From contig DJPO01000006.1 in assembly GCA_002437405.1 (NCBI GenBank), forward strand, positions 6,207 to 70,206: a stretch of DNA of 64,000 nt. Reading direction: 5' to 3'. Below the pieces are notes generated by a model. That model was not told the DNA's origin. It ran no database searches and saw only the letters and a list, made by a program, of their open reading frames with translations. A program made the position numbers and the translations under genes. Shown here in pieces: positions 9,031 through 16,535 of this stretch (its first letter is position 1; each line of letters opens with the position of its first letter). Origin of the DNA: Opitutia bacterium UBA6410. Its GTDB lineage: Bacteria > Verrucomicrobiota > Verrucomicrobiia > Opitutales > Intestinicryptomonadaceae.

Positions 9031-9048
9031 ACTGCTGTTTTGTTTAGA

Positions 9049-11127
9049 TTAAAATTCGTCGGAGTCTTCCAGTGCCCTCGCTGCGGCGGCTATGGCCGCG
9101 CGGCGTGCCGTGCCGATTTTGCGGGCGCGTTTCGAGGTCTCGACGCGGGCAATTTGCGTGTCGGCTTCGGTTTTACGGATTTTTCTTGCGAGTTTTGCCG
9201 CCTCGCCCAGAACACCGCTGTTGTGTTCGCGCATTGCGGCAAGTTCGGCGGCCTTGGCGGGCATAAGCGGCGTGAGCACCGCACGGGCTTCGTTATTGCG
9301 CTTTGCGGCGGCTTCTGCGGCGCGTTTGATTGCGTCGGAGTCGAGCATATTCACGCGGCGGACGCGCTCGCAGGCGCAGATGTGGCGGCCTTCGTATGTG
9401 AGGTGAACGACGGATAGGTCGTCGGCAAAGTAACAGAGCATTTTTTTGCCCGTGTATTTTTCAATGATGTCGTCGGACGGCGACTTGAAGGTGAGGTTTT
9501 CCTGAATGCGCTCGCACTTGTGAATTTTGAGCGACTTTGCCGTAAACGTGCAGCCGCCGTTTGTGATGGCGAACTTCCACACTTGTTTTAGCGCGAGCAG
9601 GTGGCAGTATTGGCGCGGGTCGGGTCGCCAGAAGTCGATTCCCTTGGCAAGTCGGTTCATTCTTTCCAGCGGACTTTCGAGGCGTTCCCAGATTTCGATT
9701 TGCGAAAGCTCATCATCGCTTAATTGGTCGAGCTCCGCCTTTGTGTGGACACGGTCGAACTTGTCCCTGCGCCATTCGGTTTTGACCTCGAACCCCTGCA
9801 AATTATGGTCGGTACGCTTGCGGAGCGCGTCGAGGGCTTCGATAATAAGGTCGCAGATGTCCTCGAAGCGCGGGTGCGGTAGGAGCAGTTTGTCGACGAT
9901 TTCCTCGCGTGAGCCCGCCTTACGCAGAAGTTCCCTTGCGTAGGAAAGCGCGTATTTTGTCTGCGCGGGCATATTGTCGTAGCGGTTGCCGCTGCTGCCG
10001 TCGGAGAGCGCAAGCTGCTCCTGAAACGGGCGGAAAAACACTTCAATCCACGACTTGCACCATGGCTTGCCGCCGCCCTCCTTGAAGCCGCCCTTCAAAA
10101 ACGCGTCGTGCAGAGTGCCGCAACGCTTTATGATTATGCGGTCGCGGAACGTCTGTTTGAGGGCGAGTTCGTCGGCCTCCGAAAGCGTGGCGGCGGCGTT
10201 TTCGATTTGGAACGTCACGGGATACGGCGGCAGTCCGCGTTGGGCGACGATGTTTAAAATCAGCTGTTTTACGTCTTCGCTCGCGATGCCGATTACGGAG
10301 TCGTCCTCCTTGCGCTTGGCGCGGGGCTTTACGATGTGCGCGATGTCGCAACCCGTGGCGACGTCGAATGCGAAGACCGCCAGCGGATAGCCGAACTGGC
10401 GTTTGAGCCCCTTTTCGGCGATTGTGCAGATTTTGTCGATGCGCACGTCGTCGAATGCAATCCACTCCATAAAGCGCAGTTGCGATTTGTCGCGCAGAAC
10501 CATTGCGGGCGCGGACGAATGCGCCGCGAAAACGCCCTGCCGCGCTCCGTCGAGCAGGTATTTGCTGCGGGGCTTTATGCGTTGCAGGTTGCCCAAGCTC
10601 CAGCCGTCGGGCAGTTCCCTGTCGCCGCCCATCAGCCCCGGAACGGGGCGGCCGGTGTTGCGCGCCCACTCGTATTTTGTGCCGTATCCGGGAATCGGCT
10701 CGCCCTTGCGGAAAAGGTTTATCAGCTGGCGGCGGGCGGCGTGGCACGGGGTCTTGCGCGAGCCGCGCAGAAGCAGCTCCCTGAACCATTCCACGAACGC
10801 GGGCGGAAGCCCCTCTTTGTTGCCGCGCCAGTTGGGGCGCAGCACGCGCCAGTCACCGCTCTTGGAGAATTCGGAATAGAGCGCGTAGAGGCGTTTGTAG
10901 CTCCACCCCTTTGCGCTCTCGGCCTCCTTGCGGTAGGCTATCGCCATACACGCCTTGTTGGGGCTTTCGGAGAGTATGATTTCGCGCATAGCCTCCAGCC
11001 TATCCAAAACAAGGTTGCGGATTTCGAGTTTCAATGAAAGCAGCTCCTCGCGGGCGGCTTCGGTGCATTGAACGAAGTCGCAACTGCGGATGAGTTCCGC
11101 CTTGGTCAGCTGAATGCCGCGTTCCAT
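9049..11127 (-). CDS. MuA-like DDE transposase
   Basis: 692 aa starting from ATG 11127 (MERGIQLTKAEL...). It has an rve-like core region and lies between a DUF3102-like gene and a MuB-like gene. The ORF track's Arg-rich 229-aa N-terminal extension (to 11817) is rejected. Confidence 0.8.
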   Translation of the reverse strand: MERGIQLTKAELIRSCDFVQCTEAAREELLSLKLEIRNLVLDRLEAMREIILSESPNKACMAIAYRKEAESAKGWSYKRLYALYSEFSKSGDWRVLRPNWRGNKEGLPPAFVEWFRELLLRGSRKTPCHAARRQLINLFRKGEPIPGYGTKYEWARNTGRPVPGLMGGDRELPDGWSLGNLQRIKPRSKYLLDGARQGVFAAHSSAPAMVLRDKSQLRFMEWIAFDDVRIDKICTIAEKGLKRQFGYPLAVFAFDVATGCDIAHIVKPRAKRKEDDSVIGIASEDVKQLILNIVAQRGLPPYPVTFQIENAAATLSEADELALKQTFRDRIIIKRCGTLHDAFLKGGFKEGGGKPWCKSWIEVFFRPFQEQLALSDGSSGNRYDNMPAQTKYALSYARELLRKAGSREEIVDKLLLPHPRFEDICDLIIEALDALRKRTDHNLQGFEVKTEWRRDKFDRVHTKAELDQLSDDELSQIEIWERLESPLERMNRLAKGIDFWRPDPRQYCHLLALKQVWKFAITNGGCTFTAKSLKIHKCERIQENLTFKSPSDDIIEKYTGKKMLCYFADDLSVVHLTYEGRHICACERVRRVNMLDSDAIKRAAEAAAKRNNEARAVLTPLMPAKAAELAAMREHNSGVLGEAAKLARKIRKTEADTQIARVETSKRARKIGTARRAAIAAAARALEDSDEF

Positions 11128-11132
11128 TTTGC

Positions 11133-11876
11133 CTATTCTCCGCAGTGTTTGATTAGGTTCTTGATTTCGTCGAGCCTGTCTTCGAGCGATTTTTCGATGA
11201 GCACGAGCTTTTCGAGCGGAAGGCGGACGATGTCCTTGTGCTTTGTAAGCTTGTCGAATTCGGCAAGGCTGTTTGTCCAGTCGTCCCAGAGGAGCATCTG
11301 CGGAGACTGCCCGCCCCCGTTGCCCGAAAGGCCTTTGAGGTCGCGCTTGGTGAGCGTTTTGACGGCGGTGTCTTCGGCTTTGCGCTCGGAGTCTATCGCC
11401 TGCGCATTGCTCTGGCGGAGCATATCGTTGAGCGTGGGTTCGGGCAGAGAGCTGAGCACGTAGCCGAGCATATCGAACGTCTGTTTTTCGTCGCCCAAAA
11501 TTTCCTCGACGGGCTTTTCGGCAAGCTCCGTATACGTTGCAACCGCACAGCCGAGCGGTTCGTCCGCCCGCGAAGTCTGTATTTTGTGCAGGACACCTGC
11601 GGCAAGATAGATGTAGTTGTAGCCAGTGCGCAGCGACACGTTCGCCGAATGGCAGACGGCTTTTAGCCATTCGGAAAATTCGCCCTTGTTTTTGGCGCGC
11701 TGCTTGGCGTTGGCGGCGATTGTCCCGAACATCACGGCGTTTGCCAGCCACTGCCCTTTGCCGCGGACGGTCGCCTTCAAATATTTGTCGGCCGCGCCGA
11801 TTGCGGGTGTTTTGCACAGGCTTTGCACGGCGTGTGCAACGGGTGTTAATTGTGTTTTTTCTGAATCTTTTTTCAT
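11133..11876 (-). CDS. DUF3102-like early protein
   Basis: Start MKKDSEK at 11876, 8 nt after the upstream stop. The segment KGEFSEWLKAVCHSANVSLRTGYNYIYLA resembles the DUF3102 core seen upstream of transposases in Mu-like prophages. Confidence 0.45.
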   Translation of the reverse strand: MKKDSEKTQLTPVAHAVQSLCKTPAIGAADKYLKATVRGKGQWLANAVMFGTIAANAKQRAKNKGEFSEWLKAVCHSANVSLRTGYNYIYLAAGVLHKIQTSRADEPLGCAVATYTELAEKPVEEILGDEKQTFDMLGYVLSSLPEPTLNDMLRQSNAQAIDSERKAEDTAVKTLTKRDLKGLSGNGGGQSPQMLLWDDWTNSLAEFDKLTKHKDIVRLPLEKLVLIEKSLEDRLDEIKNLIKHCGE

Positions 11877-11883
11877 GATAAAA

Positions 11884-12207
11884 TTACTTTTGTTTGAGGG
11901 ATTTTTTAAGCTCGGCAATCAGTTCCAAGCGCGTCGTCACGGACAATTCCCGCAAAAATTGCAGGCGTTCCTCCGAGTCCAAACGGCGGACGATGAAGTT
12001 GCGGTAGCTTTCCACGGGGACGCGGCGGCAGGGGCGCGTTGTGGGGTCGGTCGCAACGTTGATATAGCCCAGCTCGCCGCAGTCCATCAGGTTGACCACC
12101 TGCTGCCGCGAAATGCCCAGTTTTTGCGAAATCTCGCCGACATAGAGCACCGTGCGCCCCGGAAAATCGAGGCTGTGGAAGAATGTCAACTGTTGGCTTT
12201 CGGGCAT
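11884..12207 (-). CDS. Excisionase/MerR-type helix-turn-helix DNA-binding protein
   Basis: 107 aa. The HTH_17-like segment is TVLYVGEISQKLGISRQQVVNLMDCGEL. Confidence 0.6.
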   Translation of the reverse strand: MPESQQLTFFHSLDFPGRTVLYVGEISQKLGISRQQVVNLMDCGELGYINVATDPTTRPCRRVPVESYRNFIVRRLDSEERLQFLRELSVTTRLELIAELKKSLKQK

Positions 12208-12236
12208 TTGCGGAATGAAGAATTAAGAATGAAGAA

Positions 12237-12320
12237 TTAAGATTTTCTGGATTTGCGTTTGTTAAAGGGTCTGAACAGTTTTTCGATGAAGCCTTTTTGC
12301 CACGGTTTATATTTTTTCAT
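12237..12320 (-). CDS. Candidate 27-aa basic micro-protein
   Basis: My translation is MKKYKPWQKGFIEKLFRPFNKRKSRKS. An SD-like GGAAGG lies 6 nt upstream of ATG 12320. The ORF is below the ORF-track cutoff. Confidence 0.3.
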   Translation of the reverse strand: MKKYKPWQKGFIEKLFRPFNKRKSRKS

Positions 12321-12338
12321 TGTTTGCCTTCCTGCTGA

Positions 12339-12848
12339 TTATTTGGTTGAAATTGGTGTGAAAAAATTTTTCAGAATAGCCGTAATATGTTTGAATTTGT
12401 AGAGTTTGTGTTTTGCGCGCTGGGAGCGGTCGCTTCCGTTGCGGCCGCCGTATGCTCGGTATATTTCGGGGTCAAGAATCTTGACGCGCAAAAGCCCCTC
12501 GTCAGAATTTCCCTTGCAAACGTAATCACCAGTCGCGGCGGGAAATGCGTCGTCCTCGATTTGACAAATTCTCGCAATTTCGATATTTTCGTTTCCGAAT
12601 GCTTTTTCCCCATTGATGAAAAGCAGAACTGCCACTTTTTGCCCATCAGTAGACAACTTCCAATTTGCCTTCACTCCCGACAACGGGTTGCCGTTTTTAT
12701 CGACGACCGATACCGTGAGGAGCTCAAAAAACATAAGAAAATCGCCGTTAAAACACAGTGTGGACATACGTTCTTCTGCGACATCCCACCGTATATTTGA
12801 AATCGAAATGTCTACACCGAGTGGCGAAAAAATGCCCCAAACCGCCAT
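12339..12848 (-). CDS. Hypothetical early protein (Ig/carboxypeptidase-regulatory-like beta segment)
   Basis: 169 aa. The ATG overlaps the stop of the Ner-like gene (TAATG). The segment VSVVDKNGNPLSGVKANW looks like a beta-sandwich motif. A 137-aa antisense ORF (12387-12800) competes for this region. Confidence 0.5.
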   Translation of the reverse strand: MAVWGIFSPLGVDISISNIRWDVAEERMSTLCFNGDFLMFFELLTVSVVDKNGNPLSGVKANWKLSTDGQKVAVLLFINGEKAFGNENIEIARICQIEDDAFPAATGDYVCKGNSDEGLLRVKILDPEIYRAYGGRNGSDRSQRAKHKLYKFKHITAILKNFFTPISTK

Positions 12849-13060
12849 TACTTAGCCCTCCTGCGGCGGACGGGTTTGGGCGGCAGCGGTATCATGCCGT
12901 TGCACAGTTGCAGGATTCGCAGCGACAGGCTCTTTGATTTTCGAACCCCGTTGACGACGTAGCAGACGTGCTCAACGGTTCGATTCAATGCGCGGGCAGC
13001 GTCCGCTTGCGTTATTCCGCGTTCCGCCATTTTGCGTTTAATAATCGTATCTTTTGCCAT
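12848..13060 (-). CDS. Ner/Nlp-like small HTH regulator, first gene of the early operon
   Basis: 70 aa with the segment RGITQADAARALNRTVEHVCYVVNG. It is divergent from the repressor gene across a 68-nt AT-rich region. Confidence 0.6.
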   Translation of the reverse strand: MAKDTIIKRKMAERGITQADAARALNRTVEHVCYVVNGVRKSKSLSLRILQLCNGMIPLPPKPVRRRRAK

Positions 13061-13096
13061 TTTTAGATTGCGGTTTTAAATTCAATTTTTTAATTT

Positions 13097-13110
13097 ATTA
13101 ACTCGTTAAT
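13097..13110. promoter_or_regulatory. Candidate operator in the divergent repressor/early promoter region
   Basis: Perfect inverted repeat ATTAAC-tc-GTTAAT, 19 nt upstream of repressor ATG 13129. TAGAAT (13120-13125) is -10-like. Confidence 0.35.
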
Positions 13111-13128
13111 GCTAAAAAGTAGAATTAT

Positions 13129-13479
13129 ATGCAAGAAAAAAGTGCTAAAAAATCGAATTTTTTTCACGACCGCCTGCGCCAGCTTTTAGAATTGAGCCCC
13201 AAAACGCAGAAGGAAATCGCGAGAGAATTAGAGATGGGAGAGAGCTCCATTGTCTATTACAAGGCGGGGAAAGGGCTTCCAAAATCACACGAACTATATC
13301 GTATGTCGAAATACTTCGGCTGTTCGATGGAGTGGCTTTTGATGGGCGAGGATGATGAGGGCGCACCCGATTTGTCAAACAACGCGTGGAAAACGCGGGC
13401 TTTAATTGCTGAAAAACGAATAGAAGACCTTAAAACCGCTCTGCAAGAAGCGATCTTTGCTGTAATCAAAAAATTTTAG
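13129..13479 (+). CDS. XRE/cI-type prophage repressor
   Basis: 116 aa. The HTH is KTQKEIARELEMGESSIVYYKAGKGLP, followed by a C-terminal helix. It is divergent from the early operon. Confidence 0.7.
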   Translation: MQEKSAKKSNFFHDRLRQLLELSPKTQKEIARELEMGESSIVYYKAGKGLPKSHELYRMSKYFGCSMEWLLMGEDDEGAPDLSNNAWKTRALIAEKRIEDLKTALQEAIFAVIKKF

Positions 13480-13646
13480 CCAAAATATTAACGTGTTATA
13501 CCTTAAAACCCACGAACGCCCAATTTTACTGGGTTTGCGGGGATTTAAACAAAAAATCGGGGTAAAAAGAGTTAATATTTAGCAATGCAACTATTTGACA
13601 ATCAACAACCGAATTTTTGCAACGTTGCAGAAATCGAAAGGACGAA

Positions 13647-13913
13647 ATGAACGAAAATATCCATTTGGGGCGGGTGATCGATGAGACCGAAAGCTTTGTA
13701 GACATCGAACTTTGCGGGCACGACGTGCGAACCCTGCTTGCAGTCCACGCCAGCCAATGCTACGACATGATCGCCCCCGAAATCCGCGAAAAAATCGCCG
13801 ACGTTTTGTCCGCATACATGCGCGGCGACGTGTCTGGAGCGTGCCTAACCGCGCGGGTTTACAAAAACGTCTACGCCGCCGCCAACTCCCGCCCACCGGA
13901 AGAGGAAAAATAA
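13647..13913 (+). CDS. Hypothetical protein
   Basis: 88 aa from ATG 13647 (MNENIHLG), with an AAAGGA SD upstream. The ORF track starts at 13617. Confidence 0.45.
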   Translation: MNENIHLGRVIDETESFVDIELCGHDVRTLLAVHASQCYDMIAPEIREKIADVLSAYMRGDVSGACLTARVYKNVYAAANSRPPEEEK

Positions 13914-13938
13914 TCTGCAACAAAACGCTTTACAATGG

Positions 13939-13947
13939 TGTTATAAT
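13939..13947 (+). promoter_or_regulatory. Extended -10 promoter (TGtTATAAT) of the ParA-like cassette
   Basis: TGTTATAAT at 13939-13947. SD AAAGGA is at 13969-13974 and the ATG at 13980. Confidence 0.5.
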
Positions 13948-13979
13948 GCTCAGAATTCAACAACCTTGAAAGGATTTTT

Positions 13980-14993
13980 ATGGTAAAGAAATATTGTATT
14001 TGGAATAATAAAGGCGGAGTGGGAAAGACGTTTTTATCTTATCTCATAGCGACTGAGTATGCAAAACTTCACCCAGAAGAAGACGTTATTGTCGTCGATA
14101 TGTGTCCTCAATCAAACATATCTGAAATGTTATTAGGTGGGGATGGGAAAGGTCAAGCAAACCTTGAAAAGCTGTTTGACGAGGGGCTAACCATTGCCAA
14201 GTATATCGAAAATAGATATAAGAAAGGCAAAGATTCTCTTTTGGGAACTGAAACATCGTTCTTTGTAAATGTTCGGGAATTCAACAAAAAATTACCGACA
14301 AACTTAATTCTTGTCCCCGGTGATATCAATTTGGATATATGTTCCATTTTGATTTCTGAATGGGGTAATTCCTCGTTAAGACTGGCTTGGAAAAAGAGTA
14401 GATTTGTTCTGAATGAACTACTTCAAAGCTATATTCAAAATTCGAACCAAGATAGAAAAAAGACAATCTTCATTGATTGTAACCCTAGCTTCTCGCCCTA
14501 CACGGAACTTGCAATAGTCGCTTCGGATAGATTGATTGTCCCTTGTACTGCAGATCACGCATCTATTCGAGGTCTTTCTAATGTGTTCCGTCTTTTGTAT
14601 GAGTTCAATTCAAATGGCGACGATATTATCTCTTTCGCGGAAAAAGCAAAAAATGAGAACATTGTCCTCCCCAAGCTATTTAGGATTATATTGAACAAAT
14701 CGCGTTCACACGACAAAAATGCGTCGAAAGCGTTTTTAGCAATAAAAGATTCCATGGCAAAAAAGATGAAAGCGTTGCGAAAACAAAATCCTCAATGGTT
14801 TGTCGATGAAACGAACGATATTCCCAATATAAAAGATGGGAATACGCTTGCCGCCGTGCTCAACTATGAAGGTGCATTGCTATCAAACGTAACAGTGGGA
14901 AAACATTCCGTTTATGGGAAACCCGTACAAATAGATGAGCGACAAAAACGAGCCCTAATGAAAGGAATTTCAGATCTTGTCGCTACGTTATAA
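13980..14993 (+). CDS. Orphan ParA/Soj/MinD-superfamily ATPase (AT-rich moron)
   Basis: Deviant Walker A NNKGGVGKT. The segments DMCPQSN and IFIDCNPSFSPYTELAIVASDRLIVPCTADHASIRGL are typical of ParA. There is an extra C-terminal region of about 100 aa. The gene is visibly AT-richer than its neighbours. Confidence 0.8.
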   Translation: MVKKYCIWNNKGGVGKTFLSYLIATEYAKLHPEEDVIVVDMCPQSNISEMLLGGDGKGQANLEKLFDEGLTIAKYIENRYKKGKDSLLGTETSFFVNVREFNKKLPTNLILVPGDINLDICSILISEWGNSSLRLAWKKSRFVLNELLQSYIQNSNQDRKKTIFIDCNPSFSPYTELAIVASDRLIVPCTADHASIRGLSNVFRLLYEFNSNGDDIISFAEKAKNENIVLPKLFRIILNKSRSHDKNASKAFLAIKDSMAKKMKALRKQNPQWFVDETNDIPNIKDGNTLAAVLNYEGALLSNVTVGKHSVYGKPVQIDERQKRALMKGISDLVATL

Positions 14994-15007
14994 AGATGCC
15001 GAAAACG

Positions 15008-15038
15008 ACTCCCAAGTATAACTTGGGAGTTTTTTTTG
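15008..15038 (+). terminator. Rho-independent terminator of the ParA-like cassette
   Basis: ACTCCCAAGT (15008-15017), ATA loop, ACTTGGGAGT (15021-15030), then TTTTTTT. Confidence 0.8.
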
Positions 15039-15120
15039 TACCCAGACGCGGCTATTTTTTCAAAAAAATGTCCCGAAAAAACTTTTTATGTAATGGGCGT
15101 TAACGCTGTAAACCCGCGTT

Positions 15121-15149
15121 TTGACTGGATTTGCGGTTTGTGATATTGT
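15121..15149 (+). promoter_or_regulatory. Candidate sigma70-type promoter of the rightward (late/middle) arm
   Basis: TTGACT (15121-15126), 17-nt spacer, TATTGT (15144-15149). The ATG lies 9 nt downstream, a leaderless-type geometry. Confidence 0.4.
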
Positions 15150-15158
15150 GGGTGCGTT

Positions 15159-15923
15159 ATGACAAACAACGCACAAGACAGTCAATCACAAAGCGGTAAT
15201 CTCGGTATTTGCCACAAAATCTATGCGTTTGCGACCGCGCGTATAAATCCCGATTGGATATCGTTTAAAGCTTGGATGCTTGGCGGTGTCGTACGGGTTG
15301 TCAAAATCGCCATTGCGGATTTGCCAGCATTGTCCGAGCAAATTGGCGACGCGCTTGCGTCGGGCGATTATGTAATTTCTTTGGGCGGATTGAAATATCA
15401 GACTACTGAAAAAATCCTTGGTGAAATCCGCCGCGACTTTGACTCATATACTGCTGGATCGGGCGTCAGTGACGCGCAAGCCGTCCGTGGTGGGTCTGCG
15501 GTTTTGCCGCAGTCCGAATCTCCGACGGGAGACGCCAAAACCAAAGCGTCCGCGCCGCAAGGCAATGCCTCTGCCGCGCGTCAAATTTCCGTGGAAGAGC
15601 GTGCGCACCCGCGTTTCCCGCGCAGCTATGTTCGCCGCAACTCGAAAATCGCCAAAATTGCCGCCGAATCAATCGGTTCGGCGTTGCGCGAGGAGCTTGA
15701 GCCCGTGCTCGACGCGCTCGACGACATCGGCGCGATGTTGTCCGAGTTGCTCGCGGTTCGCGGAATCGACCGCACCCCGAAACAGCCGCGCGGTTGGCGA
15801 AAATGTACCGTAGAAAACCCGCTCGGCGGCGTAATTCGCACAAAGCACGGCAGAACGTCGGTAGTTGTCGGCGTTCGCAAGGTGGCGAAATTTCAACCCA
15901 AAACAAAAGGAAAATCGAAATGA
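15159..15923 (+). CDS. Hypothetical protein (two domains joined by a disordered linker, basic C-terminus)
   Basis: 254-aa ORF, first gene of the rightward arm. I recognise no motif. Confidence 0.5.
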   Translation: MTNNAQDSQSQSGNLGICHKIYAFATARINPDWISFKAWMLGGVVRVVKIAIADLPALSEQIGDALASGDYVISLGGLKYQTTEKILGEIRRDFDSYTAGSGVSDAQAVRGGSAVLPQSESPTGDAKTKASAPQGNASAARQISVEERAHPRFPRSYVRRNSKIAKIAAESIGSALREELEPVLDALDDIGAMLSELLAVRGIDRTPKQPRGWRKCTVENPLGGVIRTKHGRTSVVVGVRKVAKFQPKTKGKSK

Positions 15924-16150
15924 AAAAGTATCTGATAACAATGTTTGTTGCATTGTTTGCCCTTTGCGGCGTTGTCTGCGCCGCCGAAACTGGCGGTGTT
16001 GCCGAACCCGCCGCCGACGGCGGAACGTGGGGCTACATCGTAGCCGCCGTAATTGCCGTAATCAACGCAATCCTCGCGGCGTGCTCGAACTCGAAAGAAA
16101 CGTGGTGGTATAAGCTGCTTTCGTGGCTGACTGTCCGCTTCGGCAAGTAA
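15920..16150 (+). CDS. Small two-TM membrane protein (holin-like)
   Basis: Start MKKYLITMFVALFALCGVVCAA at 15920 (ATGA overlap). A second TM is GYIVAAVIAVINAILAA. 76 aa. Confidence 0.4.
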   Translation: MKKYLITMFVALFALCGVVCAAETGGVAEPAADGGTWGYIVAAVIAVINAILAACSNSKETWWYKLLSWLTVRFGK

Positions 16151-16168
16151 AAATCGATAGAAACGAAA

Positions 16169-16360
16169 ATGGCTTTGGCGATAATCAACCTGCTTGCGGC
16201 GTTTTTCCGCGCATTTCCGAAAGTCTCGGAGCTGGTGGAGTGCGCTCTCGATATGGCCGCAGCGGCAAATGTCGCCGAAGCCGTAGAGCGCAAACAACAA
16301 AAAGACGCGGCCGTTGACGCCGCCGTCGACGGAGGAATTGGTAATGACGGCAAAAATTAG
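16169..16360 (+). CDS. Small N-terminally anchored membrane protein
   Basis: 63 aa. The hydrophobic segment MALAIINLLAAFFRAF is followed by an Ala/Asp-rich tail. Confidence 0.35.
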   Translation: MALAIINLLAAFFRAFPKVSELVECALDMAAAANVAEAVERKQQKDAAVDAAVDGGIGNDGKN

Positions 16361-16535
16361 TCTTTGTTTGATAGCCGTGTTGCTCGGCGGTTGTGCCACG
16401 CATATCCGTTACAACGAGTCCGCAAGGCTTATACAACGCGCCGATTTCGACGCCGCAAAAACTGCCGCGCCCGAATGGTGCAGAGACGCGCTTAAAACAA
16501 TCAACGCTCTCGAGTTGGAGGTCGAACGCAGATGA
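16344..16535 (+). CDS. Small lipoprotein (o-spanin-like)
   Basis: A GGAGG SD precedes ATG 16344. The signal peptide MTAKISLCLIAVLLGGC has an LLGGC lipobox. 63 aa. Confidence 0.45.
   Translation: MTAKISLCLIAVLLGGCATHIRYNESARLIQRADFDAAKTAAPEWCRDALKTINALELEVERR

Noticed and set aside
11128-11817. 229-aa N-terminal extension of the transposase ORF in the ORF track
   Set aside because: The extension is extremely Arg/Gln-rich and motif-free. It is overlapped in another frame by a well-formed 247-aa ORF (11133-11876). The transposase start is set at ATG 11127.
13980-14993. ParA gene as evidence of an integrated plasmid or phage-plasmid
   Set aside because: It has no ParB, replication initiator or centromere repeats. 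The gene is flanked on both sides by prophage genes, inside mapped Mu-type ends.
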